A DNA stretch of 64,000 bases. It comes from an uncultured Bacilli bacterium (GTDB lineage Bacteria > Bacillota_I > Bacilli_A > RF39 > UBA660). How positions within the stretch are numbered: position 1 is the first letter of the stretch; the number at the start of each line of letters is the position of its first letter. Below the pieces are notes generated by a model. It made no database searches. It was not told where the DNA came from and saw nothing but the letters and a program-made list of their open reading frames with translations. The DNA is taken from assembly GCA_947601845.1 (NCBI GenBank), contig CANQGH010000001.1:288-64287 (forward strand). Reading direction: 5' to 3'. Positions 39,255 through 49,828 of this stretch are shown in pieces. The position numbers and the translations under genes are program-made.

Positions 39255-39954
39255 GTTAATAATAGATAATGTTTTTGATTTAAGTGATATAGTAATAACT
39301 GAAGATACAACGTTAATAGAAAGGCTAGAAGATGCTTGTGATACTATCCATATTCATGTTGATGATAATGTTTGTTTATATGAAGTAGCAATATTAAAGA
39401 ATACTAAAAATAAAATTATTTATCATTTAGGTAATAATAGTCAAGCTATTATTAATCGTATTGCAGTAGATAATAGTGACCAATTAGAAGTTTATTTAGA
39501 TGGAGAGTTAGCCTCTATAACTTGCAATAGTAGTATCATAAATTATAATGAAAATATTTATCGTGAAAAAATATATCATCACCAGGATAATACTACTAGC
39601 AGTGTTACTAATCATGCGATTAATGTAGGTAGCAATGACTTTACTTTTGAAGTAGATGCAGTTATTCCTAAAGAAAGTGATAATAGTTATTGTCACCAAG
39701 ATAACAAAATTATTAACATGGGTAGTGGAAAAAATACAATTAAGCCTAACTTACTTGTGGATAATAATCAAATTGAAGCCAGTCACTCAGCATATATAGG
39801 AGAGTTTAATAAAGATAGTATTTTCTATCTTATGACAAGAGGAATATCATTAGAAGTTATTAAAGATATGTTATCAGTAGGTTTTCTATTAGATAAAATG
39901 GAATTGAAAGAAGAAAAAGATGCGGTTGTTAATTTCATCAAAAATAATATATAG
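39247..39954 (+). CDS. sufD: SufD-like Fe-S assembly protein, unusually short (235 aa).
   Basis: Position between sufC and sufS. The C-terminal region resembles the SufB/D beta-helix (FYLMTRGISLEVIKDML). Confidence 0.6.
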   Translation: MNKLIIDNVFDLSDIVITEDTTLIERLEDACDTIHIHVDDNVCLYEVAILKNTKNKIIYHLGNNSQAIINRIAVDNSDQLEVYLDGELASITCNSSIINYNENIYREKIYHHQDNTTSSVTNHAINVGSNDFTFEVDAVIPKESDNSYCHQDNKIINMGSGKNTIKPNLLVDNNQIEASHSAYIGEFNKDSIFYLMTRGISLEVIKDMLSVGFLLDKMELKEEKDAVVNFIKNNI

Positions 39955-39965
39955 GAGGTGATGAT

Positions 39966-41162
39966 ATGAATAGAGAAGATTTTCAAATGTTAGATGGGAA
40001 TATTGTTTATTTTGATAATGGTGCCACTACTTTAAAACCTAAATGTGTGGTCGATGAAGTTATCGATTATTATACTAAATATACAGCTAATGCTCATAGA
40101 GGAGATTATGACATTAGTCAGATTGTCGATTCTAAATATGAAGGAGTACGAGATAAAGTAAAAGATTTTATCCATGCCAAAAGACGTGAAGAAATAGTCT
40201 TTACTAAGGGGACTACTGAATCGCTTAATACTGTAGCTTTTGGTTTTATGAATACTTACTTAGAAAAAGAAGATGAGGTTTTAATTACTAAAAGTGAACA
40301 TGCATCAAATGTTCTTCCGTGGTTAGAATTAGCTAAAAGAAAAGGAATTGTTGTTAAATTTATTCCTTTGAATGAACATCACGAAGTAACAGTTGAAAAT
40401 ATTAGAAAGGTTATGACTGAAAAAACTAAAGTAATTTCTCTAGCGCATGTTACTAATGTTATAGGTGATATAAGACCAATTGAAGATATAGGTAAGTTAT
40501 GTTTAGAAAAAAATATTATCTTTGTTGTTGATGCAGCTCAAAGTATTGGTCATATCCCTATTGATGTAGAAAAGTGTAATATATCATTTTTAGGCTTTTC
40601 TGCTCATAAAATGTTAGGACCAACGGGTATTGGTGTTTTATATGGTAAATATGATCTTTTAAATCGTTTAACACCGACAGAATATGGTGGAGGAATGAAT
40701 TCATACTTTGAAAGTAGTGGGGAACTTGAATACAAACCACTACCTGAAAGATTAGAAGCTGGAACGCAAAATATTGCAGGTGTTTTAGGAATGGGAAAGG
40801 CTATTGACTATTTGCTTAAAATAGGACTAGATAACATTCATAAGCACGAACTAGAATTAAAAAAATATGCGGTAGAAAAACTAAAACAAATACCTAATAT
40901 TCGTATTTATAATGCAGAATCTAATTCTGGTATAATTGTTTTCAATATCCATAAAGTATTTAGCCAAGATACAGCCGTATTCTTAAATCATTATGGCATT
41001 TGTGTAAGAGCTGGTAATCATTGTGCTAAAATTGTCAAAGATGAAATTAATGTGTCTAATACTTGTAGAGCTAGTTTCTACTTATATAATACGAAAGAAG
41101 AAATAGATAAATTAGTTGAAGCTTTAAATAATCAGGATAAAATATTTGATATTATTTTATAA
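39966..41162 (+). CDS. sufS: Cysteine desulfurase SufS (class II aminotransferase fold).
   Basis: The PLP lysine region is SAHKMLGPTGIGVLYGK and the catalytic Cys is in RAGNHCA. Confidence 0.85.
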   Translation: MNREDFQMLDGNIVYFDNGATTLKPKCVVDEVIDYYTKYTANAHRGDYDISQIVDSKYEGVRDKVKDFIHAKRREEIVFTKGTTESLNTVAFGFMNTYLEKEDEVLITKSEHASNVLPWLELAKRKGIVVKFIPLNEHHEVTVENIRKVMTEKTKVISLAHVTNVIGDIRPIEDIGKLCLEKNIIFVVDAAQSIGHIPIDVEKCNISFLGFSAHKMLGPTGIGVLYGKYDLLNRLTPTEYGGGMNSYFESSGELEYKPLPERLEAGTQNIAGVLGMGKAIDYLLKIGLDNIHKHELELKKYAVEKLKQIPNIRIYNAESNSGIIVFNIHKVFSQDTAVFLNHYGICVRAGNHCAKIVKDEINVSNTCRASFYLYNTKEEIDKLVEALNNQDKIFDIIL

Positions 41163-41189
41163 TAAAAATAGAAATAAGAGGTGGAAATA

Positions 41190-41618
41190 ATGGATGAAAA
41201 ATTAAAAAGAGATATTATTTTGGATAATTATCAAAATCCTATGAATAGGGGATTAACTAATAGTGATGGCTATATTAAAGTAAATACTAGGAACTCATCA
41301 TGTGTGGATAATGTTGATGTTATGGCTAAATTAGAAAATGGCGTATTCATTGATATTAGATTTGATGGCGATGCTTGTGCTATATCAACATCAGCAACAT
41401 CGATTATGATTAAGACTTTAATAGGAAAGACTGTTGCTGAAACAGAAAAAATTATTGAAAACTATGAAAAAATGATTAATGAAGAAGCGTATGATAAAGA
41501 ATTACTTGGAGAACTTAATGTTTATGATACTGTATCAAAACAACCAAGTCGTAAGAAATGTGCAACATTACCTTTTGAAGCGATAAAGAGAATTATAGAA
41601 GAAGCTAAAAAAGCCTAA
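41190..41618 (+). CDS. sufU: SufU/NifU-like Fe-S scaffold/sulfurtransferase.
   Basis: Conserved Cys residues (NSSCVD, DGDACAIST, KCATLP). Confidence 0.8.
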   Translation: MDEKLKRDIILDNYQNPMNRGLTNSDGYIKVNTRNSSCVDNVDVMAKLENGVFIDIRFDGDACAISTSATSIMIKTLIGKTVAETEKIIENYEKMINEEAYDKELLGELNVYDTVSKQPSRKKCATLPFEAIKRIIEEAKKA

Positions 41619-41644
41619 AAATTATCAAATATAAGGAGGCATCT

Positions 41645-42952
41645 ATGGAAATCTTAGGAATAAATCAAGAGAAAATTGGAGAAATATCTAAGTTTAAACA
41701 AGAAGATAAGTGGGTTCTAGATTATAGAATTGATAGCTATAAGAAATTCTGTAATTTAGAAATGCCTTCTTTTGGACCTAGTTATGATATTGATTTTGAT
41801 AAAATTATTTATTACAAGAGTAATGATAATGGAATTAAAGATAGTTGGGATAACATTGATAATAATATTGCTTGTGAATTTAGAGATTTAGGGGTAGTCG
41901 ATAGTGAAAAAAACTTAGATGGTATTGGTGTTCAATATGAGAGTGAAGTAATTTATCATAATATGATCGAGGAACTTAACCAAAAGAATGTTATTTTTAC
42001 GTCTATTGAGGATGCCATGAAAAAATATCCCAATCTTGTTAAAAAATACTTTTCGACCATCGTTAGAAATGATGAAAATAAGTTTGCGGCTTTAAATAGT
42101 GCTGTATTTAGTGGGGGAAGTTTTATTTACATACCTCCTAATACAACCTTAGATAGACCACTTCATAGTTATTTTAGGATCAATTCTAGAAGTATGGGAC
42201 AATTTGAACGAACATTAATTATTGTCGATGACAATAGCAGTCTGCATTATGTAGAGGGATGCACTGCTCCTAATTATAGTGATTCATCGCTTCATGCTGC
42301 AGTGGTGGAAATCTATGTTGGTAAGAATAGTAAATGCCGTTACAGTACTATCCAAAACTGGGCGCATAACGTTTTGAACTTAGTTACTAAGCGTGCCTTA
42401 GTTGAGGAAAATGGTACGATGGAATGGATTGATGGTAACATTGGCAGTAAAGTGACCATGAAATATCCCGCTTGTATTCTAAAAGGAGATAATGCTAGTG
42501 GTACATGTGTTACTATAAGTGTAGCTACAACGAATCAACAACAAGATTCTGGTGCTAGAATGATTCACTTAGGTAAGAATACGAAGAGCAATATTATCTC
42601 TAAAAGTATTGCGAAAAATGGCGGTAATGCTACTTATCGTGGTAAGGTTGATATAAAGAAGAGTGCCCTTAATAGTGAAGCTATGGTTAAATGCGACACT
42701 TTAATATTAGATGAAATATCTAAAAGCGATACATATCCAACTAATATTTGCTCTAATGATACTAGTAATTTAGAACATGAAGCAACGGTATCTAAGATTA
42801 GCGAAGACAAATTATTTTACTTAATGTCTAGGGGAATTACTAAGGAAAAAGCCATTGAATTAATTGTACTTGGCTTTATTGAAAAATTTAGAGAGGAACT
42901 TCCTTTAGAATACGCTGTAGAGTTAAATCAATTATTAAAAAGAAATTTATAA
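41645..42952 (+). CDS. sufB: Fe-S cluster assembly protein SufB.
   Basis: Full-length SufB with the C-terminal beta-helix motif FYLMSRGITKEKAIELIVLGF. Confidence 0.85.
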   Translation: MEILGINQEKIGEISKFKQEDKWVLDYRIDSYKKFCNLEMPSFGPSYDIDFDKIIYYKSNDNGIKDSWDNIDNNIACEFRDLGVVDSEKNLDGIGVQYESEVIYHNMIEELNQKNVIFTSIEDAMKKYPNLVKKYFSTIVRNDENKFAALNSAVFSGGSFIYIPPNTTLDRPLHSYFRINSRSMGQFERTLIIVDDNSSLHYVEGCTAPNYSDSSLHAAVVEIYVGKNSKCRYSTIQNWAHNVLNLVTKRALVEENGTMEWIDGNIGSKVTMKYPACILKGDNASGTCVTISVATTNQQQDSGARMIHLGKNTKSNIISKSIAKNGGNATYRGKVDIKKSALNSEAMVKCDTLILDEISKSDTYPTNICSNDTSNLEHEATVSKISEDKLFYLMSRGITKEKAIELIVLGFIEKFREELPLEYAVELNQLLKRNL

Positions 42953-43124
42953 TTTTTTTGAAATTTTACCTTTTTTTAAAATTAGTCCATTATTCTTTAT
43001 GAATATTTAAAATTCTATTAGAAGATTTTAAATATTCTTTTTTTAATGCCTAGAAAAACGATATTTTAGCGATTTGTCATTGTCTATCTTTTATGTTAAA
43101 TTACTTGCGAAAGGAGGAATTATA

Positions 43125-43475
43125 ATGCTAAATCAAGTCGTTTTAGTGGGAAGATTAACAAAAGATCCCGAAGTCAGTAAGACAGATAATAATAAACAAT
43201 ATTCTTATGTTACATTAGCTGTGCCTAGGAGTTTTAAAAACATGAACGGTGAATATGATACGGATTTTATTGATTGTATCCTATGGGATGGAGTGGCAAA
43301 ATCTACTAAAGATTATTGTAAAAAAGGAGACATTGTCGGAGTAAAAGGAAGAATTCAAACTGATGTTGTAGAAAAAGAAGATGGAACTAAGAAGTACTAT
43401 ACCAATATCGTGGCAGAAAGAGTTACATTCTTATCTAGCAATAGTGATAAAAAAATAGATGAAATAAAGGAGTAA
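43125..43475 (+). CDS. ssb: Single-stranded DNA-binding protein, short form lacking the acidic C-terminal tail (SsbB-like).
   Basis: OB-fold N-terminus MLNQVVLVGRLTKDPEV with an AAAGGAGG RBS. The C-terminus ends DEIKE with no DDIPF tail. Confidence 0.7.
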   Translation: MLNQVVLVGRLTKDPEVSKTDNNKQYSYVTLAVPRSFKNMNGEYDTDFIDCILWDGVAKSTKDYCKKGDIVGVKGRIQTDVVEKEDGTKKYYTNIVAERVTFLSSNSDKKIDEIKE

Positions 43476-43641
43476 TTTATTCTATTAAATAGGCACATAC
43501 AGACTATTATTAAGGAACAGTTCTAATGCATTATTCTTATAAATAGCTATTTGGGGAATAATTATTATCTTAATGGTCATACTAATATTATAAGTTACCG
43601 TTTAGTTAACTTTAACCAATCAATAACAAGAATTATTTATA

Positions 43642-44022
43642 ATGAAAGTGCTTGGGAGTGGTAGTATGACATTAATGGGGCAAAGAATAAAGGAGTTGCG
43701 TAAGAAAAATCATTTGACACAAAAAGAATTAGGTGACCGACTTAATGTAACTAAAGTAAGCGTTTGCTGTTATGAAAAAGGAACTAGAACTCCTTCACTT
43801 GAAACCCTAGTTGATTTATCAAATATATTTAAGGTAAATCTAGACTATTTCCTTGGCAACGATAATTATGTTGTTTCAGATACGAACGATTCTTACGGTA
43901 TGAAAATGGCTAAAGAAGAGATAGATTTTATAACTGAACTTAGAAAATATACCAGTTTGCATGAACGCCTTCTTGAAGATCCAAAGCGAACAATGGAATT
44001 AATTGATAAAAAATTACGATAG
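43642..44022 (+). CDS. XRE-family HTH transcriptional regulator.
   Basis: HTH LTQKELGDRLNVTKVSVCCYEKGTRTPS. Confidence 0.65.
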   Translation: MKVLGSGSMTLMGQRIKELRKKNHLTQKELGDRLNVTKVSVCCYEKGTRTPSLETLVDLSNIFKVNLDYFLGNDNYVVSDTNDSYGMKMAKEEIDFITELRKYTSLHERLLEDPKRTMELIDKKLR

Positions 44023-44081
44023 ATATTAATTAGATATTAAATTAATATCTTTTTTTTGATACAATTAATTTAGGTGATAAT

Positions 44082-44744
44082 ATGAATTATAAAAATAAAA
44101 ATGAAGAATTAACAAAAATGGGAGTTACTATTATCGATATAAATCATACTTATATTGATGAAAAAGTGGAAGTAGGAGATGGGTGCATCATATACCCTAA
44201 TACTTATATTAGAGGTAACACTAAGATTGGTAAGAATAATGTAATTGATATGGGTACAGTTATTGTTGATAGTATTATAGGTGATAACAATCAAATTATT
44301 AATTCTTATATTGAAACAAGTAAAATTGGTTGCAACAATAAGATAGGTCCTTTTGCTAATATACATACTAATACTATCATTAATGATAATGTTGTAATTG
44401 GTAATTTTGTGGAAATTAAGAATAGTATTATCAAGAATAATATTAAGTCTAAGCATTTAGCTTTTTTAGGTGATTGTGAGATAAGTGACAATGCAAACAT
44501 TGGTGGGGGAGTAGTCATTGCTAATTACAATCCTTTAACTAAAGAAAAAACAAAGACAATTATTGAAGAAAATGTAAGTATTGGTTGCAATTCAGTAATT
44601 GTTTCTCCCGTAGTCTTAAAAAAAGATTGTCTAGTAGCAGCTGGTTCAGTTATTACTAAAGATATCCCTGCTTATTCGCTTGCTATAGCTAGATGTAGTC
44701 AAATAAATAAAGAAAATTATACTAAGAAAGAAGAAGTATTGTGA
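44082..44744 (+). CDS. Left-handed beta-helix (hexapeptide-repeat) acyl/acetyltransferase. It is a stand-alone homolog of the GlmU C-terminal domain.
   Basis: Numerous [LIV]-G-x-x-x-x hexapeptide repeats. There is no nucleotidyltransferase N-domain. Confidence 0.65.
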   Translation: MNYKNKNEELTKMGVTIIDINHTYIDEKVEVGDGCIIYPNTYIRGNTKIGKNNVIDMGTVIVDSIIGDNNQIINSYIETSKIGCNNKIGPFANIHTNTIINDNVVIGNFVEIKNSIIKNNIKSKHLAFLGDCEISDNANIGGGVVIANYNPLTKEKTKTIIEENVSIGCNSVIVSPVVLKKDCLVAAGSVITKDIPAYSLAIARCSQINKENYTKKEEVL

Positions 44745-44769
44745 ATGATAATGAATTAATGAAGACAAT

Positions 44770-45633
44770 TTACTGATTTTCGATGTATTTTGCATAATAT
44801 TCTTCATAAGTAAGTTGGTTATTATGTATAAATGTAGCAACTACTACTCCTACATAGCGATAATGCCAAGCTTCATATGTATACCCAGTAATATTTTCCT
44901 TACCCTTAGGATATCTTAAAATGAATCCATATTTATGAGCATTATTTTGCATCCAAGTAAATTCTTTAGTACTTTCAAATTGCATATAATTACTGCTAAC
45001 ATTATCAATATCAAGTGTCAATCCTGTTTGATGTTCCGAAAATCCTGGCCTAGCTGAATAGGTATCGGCTTCTTCTACACCATCACTTTTAACATAGTTA
45101 TTATATAGAGTAGTTTGATAATCGTAACTGCGATAAGTTGAAATAGCCCTAATAGTATATCCTTCTTCGCTAGCTTTTTTTGCTAAGGCTTCAAAAGAAA
45201 TTCTAGCTATATTAACTAAATATTTTTCTCCTAGACTATATTTAGTATCAATTACTTCTAATTTATCTGGTACATAATCTTGATCTAAATAATAAAATTT
45301 ATTCACTAATATATAGGGAGTATTTAAATGACTACTCTTTTTAACATTGGTATAAAATTCTTGATCTAAGCCAATATTTACTTCTAATACAATCCTTTCA
45401 TTGGTCAAATTGGGGTTCTTTTTCTTATAAGCAAGATAACGATTAATATAATCATTTTTAAAATATTTGATTTTAGTATCAATATTTCCTAAAACTTTCA
45501 GTTTATCATCCAAAGATATAACTTGATTATTTATATCATCATCTTTCCCTAAAGATAGCACTTTATTGGTTGCCATAACCACTATAAAAATTAAAACTAC
45601 AACTACTACTGCAATTGTAACTTTCCTTTTCAT
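44770..45633 (-). CDS. VanY-type M15 D-Ala-D-Ala carboxypeptidase with an N-terminal membrane anchor.
   Basis: SEHQTGLTLDI (SxHxxGxAxD) and EAWHYRY motifs. Confidence 0.8.
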   Translation of the reverse strand: MKRKVTIAVVVVVLIFIVVMATNKVLSLGKDDDINNQVISLDDKLKVLGNIDTKIKYFKNDYINRYLAYKKKNPNLTNERIVLEVNIGLDQEFYTNVKKSSHLNTPYILVNKFYYLDQDYVPDKLEVIDTKYSLGEKYLVNIARISFEALAKKASEEGYTIRAISTYRSYDYQTTLYNNYVKSDGVEEADTYSARPGFSEHQTGLTLDIDNVSSNYMQFESTKEFTWMQNNAHKYGFILRYPKGKENITGYTYEAWHYRYVGVVVATFIHNNQLTYEEYYAKYIENQ

Positions 45634-45781
45634 TATTCCTCCATATCACTCATTATATTGTTACTAAAGTATATGTCAAGGCTTCTTCTTTTATCTTACA
45701 AAAGATGACAAATAAACAAAAAATTAGATAAGTGTAAATATAATTTGTAAATTGACATAATAGTTTAGTAGAGGTGAATTT

Positions 45782-46939
45782 ATGAAAAAAGGTTTAATAT
45801 TGTTTATAATTGCAATTATGTTTTTTCCTATCTGTGTAAAAGCGGAAAGTACTGATGATGGATTATTGAAGAACGCTAAAAGCGGAGTATTAATGGAAGC
45901 TACAACAGGGGAGATATTATACGAGAAAAATAAAGATGATAAAGTAGCAGTAGCATCTATGACTAAAATGGTTGCCCAAATACTTATTTTAGAAAATATT
46001 GAAAATGGTAATCTATCATGGGATGAAAAGATTAAAGCAAGTAGTAACGCATCAGGTATGGGTGGTTCCCAAATATGGCTACAGACTGGTGAAGAGATGA
46101 CAGTAAGAGATTTAATGAAAGGAATCACTATGGCTAGTGCGAATGATGCAACGGTAGCGCTAGCTGAACGAATTGCTGGAACAGAGGCTGCATTTGTAAG
46201 ACAGATGAACGAAAAAGTGAAAGAACTAGGTCTAAAAAATACAAACTTTGTTAACTCAACAGGACTAGATGAAGATAATCACTATTCTTCAGCATATGAC
46301 ATGGGTGTTATTGCTAAGGAACTTTTAAAACACGATGCTATTTTAGAAATATCTAGTGTTTATGAAGACTATATAAGACAAGATACTCCTAATAAATATT
46401 GGTTAGTAAATACTAATAAATTAGTAAGATTTTATGAAGGAGCAGATGGACTTAAAACAGGATATACTGATGATGCTGGATACTGTATGGCGGTTACGGC
46501 TAAAAGAGATGGAATGCGCCTAATTGCTATTGTGTTAGGAGAAGAAGTAGGTTCCGTTCGTAATGAAGAAACTAGTGAATTACTAGACTATGGTTTCAAT
46601 ATGTATAAAGTAGATTTAATTAAAGAAAAAGGGGAAATTCTTACTACTATCGATATCGATAAGGGAACTAAAAATAAATTAGATGCTTCCATTAATGAAG
46701 ATATAAGTGTTTTAAAAAAGAAATCAGAATTAAGTAAAACTTATGATATTGAGACTAAAATAAATGATATAACTCTACCTATAAAAAAAGGGGATATAGT
46801 AGGAAAAGTGTTAGTTAAAGATAATGGTAAAACGATTAAACAAGTGGATTTGATAGCAACAACTGATGTAGATAAACTTGGATATTTTAAAACAATATTC
46901 GCAACTTTAAAAAATATTTTAACTGGCGATATTATCTAG
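45782..46939 (+). CDS. Serine-type D-alanyl-D-alanine carboxypeptidase (PBP5/S11 family, DacF-like).
   Basis: Signal peptide. SxxK in ASMTKM, SxN in NSTG and KTG in LKTGYT. Confidence 0.85.
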   Translation: MKKGLILFIIAIMFFPICVKAESTDDGLLKNAKSGVLMEATTGEILYEKNKDDKVAVASMTKMVAQILILENIENGNLSWDEKIKASSNASGMGGSQIWLQTGEEMTVRDLMKGITMASANDATVALAERIAGTEAAFVRQMNEKVKELGLKNTNFVNSTGLDEDNHYSSAYDMGVIAKELLKHDAILEISSVYEDYIRQDTPNKYWLVNTNKLVRFYEGADGLKTGYTDDAGYCMAVTAKRDGMRLIAIVLGEEVGSVRNEETSELLDYGFNMYKVDLIKEKGEILTTIDIDKGTKNKLDASINEDISVLKKKSELSKTYDIETKINDITLPIKKGDIVGKVLVKDNGKTIKQVDLIATTDVDKLGYFKTIFATLKNILTGDII

Positions 46940-47029
46940 CATAAATGAATAATGTAAATAATATAATAAAATGAAAATAAAAAATTGACAAAGTCTATAA
47001 ATGTGTTATAATTTTTTCATCGACTTAGA

Positions 47030-47292
47030 ATGAGAAAAGTAATATTTCAATTTATTTTAGCGAGTTGAGGATTTGGTGTAAGCTCAATAATAAAAGAATA
47101 TGAAAGAACACTCAGGAGTTGCTTACCGAAAGATATTGAGTAGGCTAAGCCGGATTGCAATCCGTTATCATATTGCTAGATTTGTTAGAATTGAAAAGTG
47201 ATCATGAATAATTAAATTTATGATAAATTGGGTGGCACCGCGGAATGCTAGTTTTCGTCCCTTGAATAAGAGATGAGACTAGCTTTTTTATT
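47030..47292 (+). ncRNA. T-box riboswitch leader, probably Asn-specific, controlling asnB. It has the conserved T-box sequence AATTGGGTGGCACCGCG and a terminator hairpin plus U-run.
   Basis: The T-box core is at 47226-47242. A candidate specifier AAC lies in ...GAAAGAACAC.... The terminator stem GCTAGT/ACTAGC is followed by TTTTTT at about 47285. The promoter TTGACA-17-TATAAT is at about 46986-47014. Confidence 0.7.
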
Positions 47293-47309
47293 GGAAAGGA
47301 GAATTAATT

Positions 47310-48893
47310 ATGTGTGGATTTATGGTCTATACAAAAAAAGACATTAAAAAAGAAGCGTTTGCCAAAGAATTTGAAAAGATGAAGTATCGTGGTCCAGATG
47401 AAACTAGAATAATAGAAAAAGAAGGATTATTTGGTTTCCATCGCTTAGCTATTATGGGACTTACGGAAGAGGGAATGCAACCATTTGAAAAAAATGGCAG
47501 CCTATTAGTTTGTAATGGTGAAATTTATGGTTTTCGTAAGGAAAAAGAAGAATTGATAAAAGAAGGGTATACATTTGCTAGTGATAGTGATTGCGAGATT
47601 TTATTACCTATGTATGAAAAGTATCATGAGGATATGTTTAAAAGATTAGATAGTGAATTTGCTCTTGTTTTATATGATGCTAAAGAGAAAACTTTTATAG
47701 CCGCTAGAGATCCGATTGGAATTAGACCTATGTTTTACGGTTATTCGACAGTTAGTGGTTCAATTATGTTTGCTAGTGAAGCCAAAGTATTAATTAATTT
47801 GTGTAAGGAAGTATGTCCATTCCCGCCTGGCTACTATTATAAAGATGGGAAATTTACTTGTTACTATGATGCTCGAGTATCAACTGAGGTAAATGATGAT
47901 GATTTAGAAACAATTTATAGGAATATTAATCAAAAATTAACAGATGGGATTATTAAAAGATTAGATTCAGATGCTCCACTAGGTTTTCTGTTATCTGGAG
48001 GACTTGATTCTTCGCTAGTATGTAGTATTGCTTCTACTTATTTAAAAAAAACTATTAAAACTTTTGCTATTGGTATGAGTGAAGATGCTATCGATTTAAA
48101 GTATGCTAGAATAGTAGCTAATCATATTCATAGTGATCATACCGAAGTTATTATGACTAGTGATGAAGTAATAAATGCTTTAAGAGAAGTAATTTATCAT
48201 TTAGAAACTTGGGATATAACAACGATTCGGGCTTCAATTGGCATGTATCTATTGTGTAAATGGATTCATGAAAACACTAATATACGTGTCCTTTTAACAG
48301 GTGAAGTTAGTGATGAATTATTTGGGTATAAATATACAGATTTTGCACCTAATGCTAGGGAGTTTCAAAAAGAAAGTGAAAAAAGAATTCATGAACTTTA
48401 TATGTATGATGTATTACGGGCTGATCGTTCTATCTCTGGATGTTCCCTTGAAGCAAGAGTTCCTTTTGCAGATTTAAAGTTTGTAAACTATGTCATGGGA
48501 ATTAATCCAGAAAAAAAATTAAATACCTACGGTCAAGGAAAATATTTGCTTAGAAAAGCATTCGCTAATAAAGATTATTTACCTGATACTATTTTATATC
48601 GTGAAAAAGCTGCTTTTTCAGATGCAGTCGGTCACTCCATGGTTGATTATTTAAAACAATATGCGGAGTTACAATATACTGATGAGGAGTTTATAAAGAA
48701 AAGTAAAAAGTATAAAGAACATACCCCTTTTACTAAAGAATCATTATTATATCGTGAGATATTTGAAGAATTTTATCCTAATAGAAGTAATTTAATTATT
48801 GATTATTGGATGCCCAATAAAGCTTGGAAAGGTTGCCAAGTTAATGATCCTAGTGCTAGAGTATTATCTAACTATGGTGATAGTGGAAAATAA
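47310..48893 (+). CDS. asnB: Asparagine synthetase (glutamine-hydrolysing).
   Basis: The N-terminus MCG (Cys2 nucleophile) begins the Ntn amidotransferase domain. The PP-loop is SGGLDSS. Confidence 0.9.
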   Translation: MCGFMVYTKKDIKKEAFAKEFEKMKYRGPDETRIIEKEGLFGFHRLAIMGLTEEGMQPFEKNGSLLVCNGEIYGFRKEKEELIKEGYTFASDSDCEILLPMYEKYHEDMFKRLDSEFALVLYDAKEKTFIAARDPIGIRPMFYGYSTVSGSIMFASEAKVLINLCKEVCPFPPGYYYKDGKFTCYYDARVSTEVNDDDLETIYRNINQKLTDGIIKRLDSDAPLGFLLSGGLDSSLVCSIASTYLKKTIKTFAIGMSEDAIDLKYARIVANHIHSDHTEVIMTSDEVINALREVIYHLETWDITTIRASIGMYLLCKWIHENTNIRVLLTGEVSDELFGYKYTDFAPNAREFQKESEKRIHELYMYDVLRADRSISGCSLEARVPFADLKFVNYVMGINPEKKLNTYGQGKYLLRKAFANKDYLPDTILYREKAAFSDAVGHSMVDYLKQYAELQYTDEEFIKKSKKYKEHTPFTKESLLYREIFEEFYPNRSNLIIDYWMPNKAWKGCQVNDPSARVLSNYGDSGK

Positions 48894-48913
48894 ATATCAA
48901 AAGAACTATCAAT

Positions 48914-49597
48914 TTATGACTGTTCCTTTTTTAAATAGTTATTTAAATACTTTGTCCATTCAGGTACATTTTCTTCTTCAAAAAAGTGATAGAGAAATTC
49001 AACCATTATTTTATGCCTATATATAGCTTCTTTTTTTCCAGCTTTAGTTAGCATTAACCCCTTAAGCTTTAATAATTTTTCAAACATATGATTAACCACA
49101 GTTCCAACTTTTTTAGCCATATAGTCATTTTGGGACATGTTTAATATGGGATATACATTTTTATCAAAAAATAAATTGCCATGGGCTATATTATATTGAT
49201 AACTGCGAAGTATTCCAGTACTACCTATAGCATCACACATATCGGCATCTGATACTATCATACCTTCAATAGTTATTGGTTTAATTCCTCTTAACCTTTT
49301 ACTATAACCAATCGTTTTAATCGCCTCTAAAACTTGATTTTTAATACTATCTTCAATAGAATAAAGATTTAGAATTTTTTTAGCATTTATTAAATGATTA
49401 GCATTTTCCTTCCCAAATAATTTATAATCATCAACATCATGCAATAAAGCTATTAAAGCAACAATTTCTTTATCAGCTTTTTCGAATTTAGCAAATTTTA
49501 AAGACATTTGCAAAACCCTTTCGACATGTTTCATATCGTGACCAGAATTATCTTCACTTAATAATTTAAAGACTTGATTTCGTACTTCTTCAATCAT
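48914..49597 (-). CDS. HD-domain phosphohydrolase.
   Basis: H...HD motif (ALLHDVDD) and a distal Asp (SDADM). Confidence 0.6.
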   Translation of the reverse strand: MIEEVRNQVFKLLSEDNSGHDMKHVERVLQMSLKFAKFEKADKEIVALIALLHDVDDYKLFGKENANHLINAKKILNLYSIEDSIKNQVLEAIKTIGYSKRLRGIKPITIEGMIVSDADMCDAIGSTGILRSYQYNIAHGNLFFDKNVYPILNMSQNDYMAKKVGTVVNHMFEKLLKLKGLMLTKAGKKEAIYRHKIMVEFLYHFFEEENVPEWTKYLNNYLKKEQS

Positions 49598-49731
49598 TGC
49601 TAACCTCCAACATTTTTATTTAATTATAACATATACTATTATCATAGGATTAATTTAGTTATATATATTTTAAATAAAATAAGGAAAAAGCATATATTAT
49701 GGTCTATATATACTTAAGACATAATTTGATA

Positions 49732-49774
49732 TGTCGAATTTTGTCGATAGAAAAAAATGACATCTTTTGTCGAA
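49732..49774 (+). promoter_or_regulatory. Three Spo0A-box-like motifs (TGTCGAA, TGTCGAT, TGTCGAA) upstream of the spoIIAA-like gene.
   Basis: Matches to the 0A-box consensus TGNCGAA at 49732-49738, 49742-49748 and 49768-49774. Confidence 0.5.
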
Positions 49775-49828
49775 TATGTATAAAATTAAAAAAAGATGGT
49801 CTATTATTTAATAAGCGAGGAGATAAGT

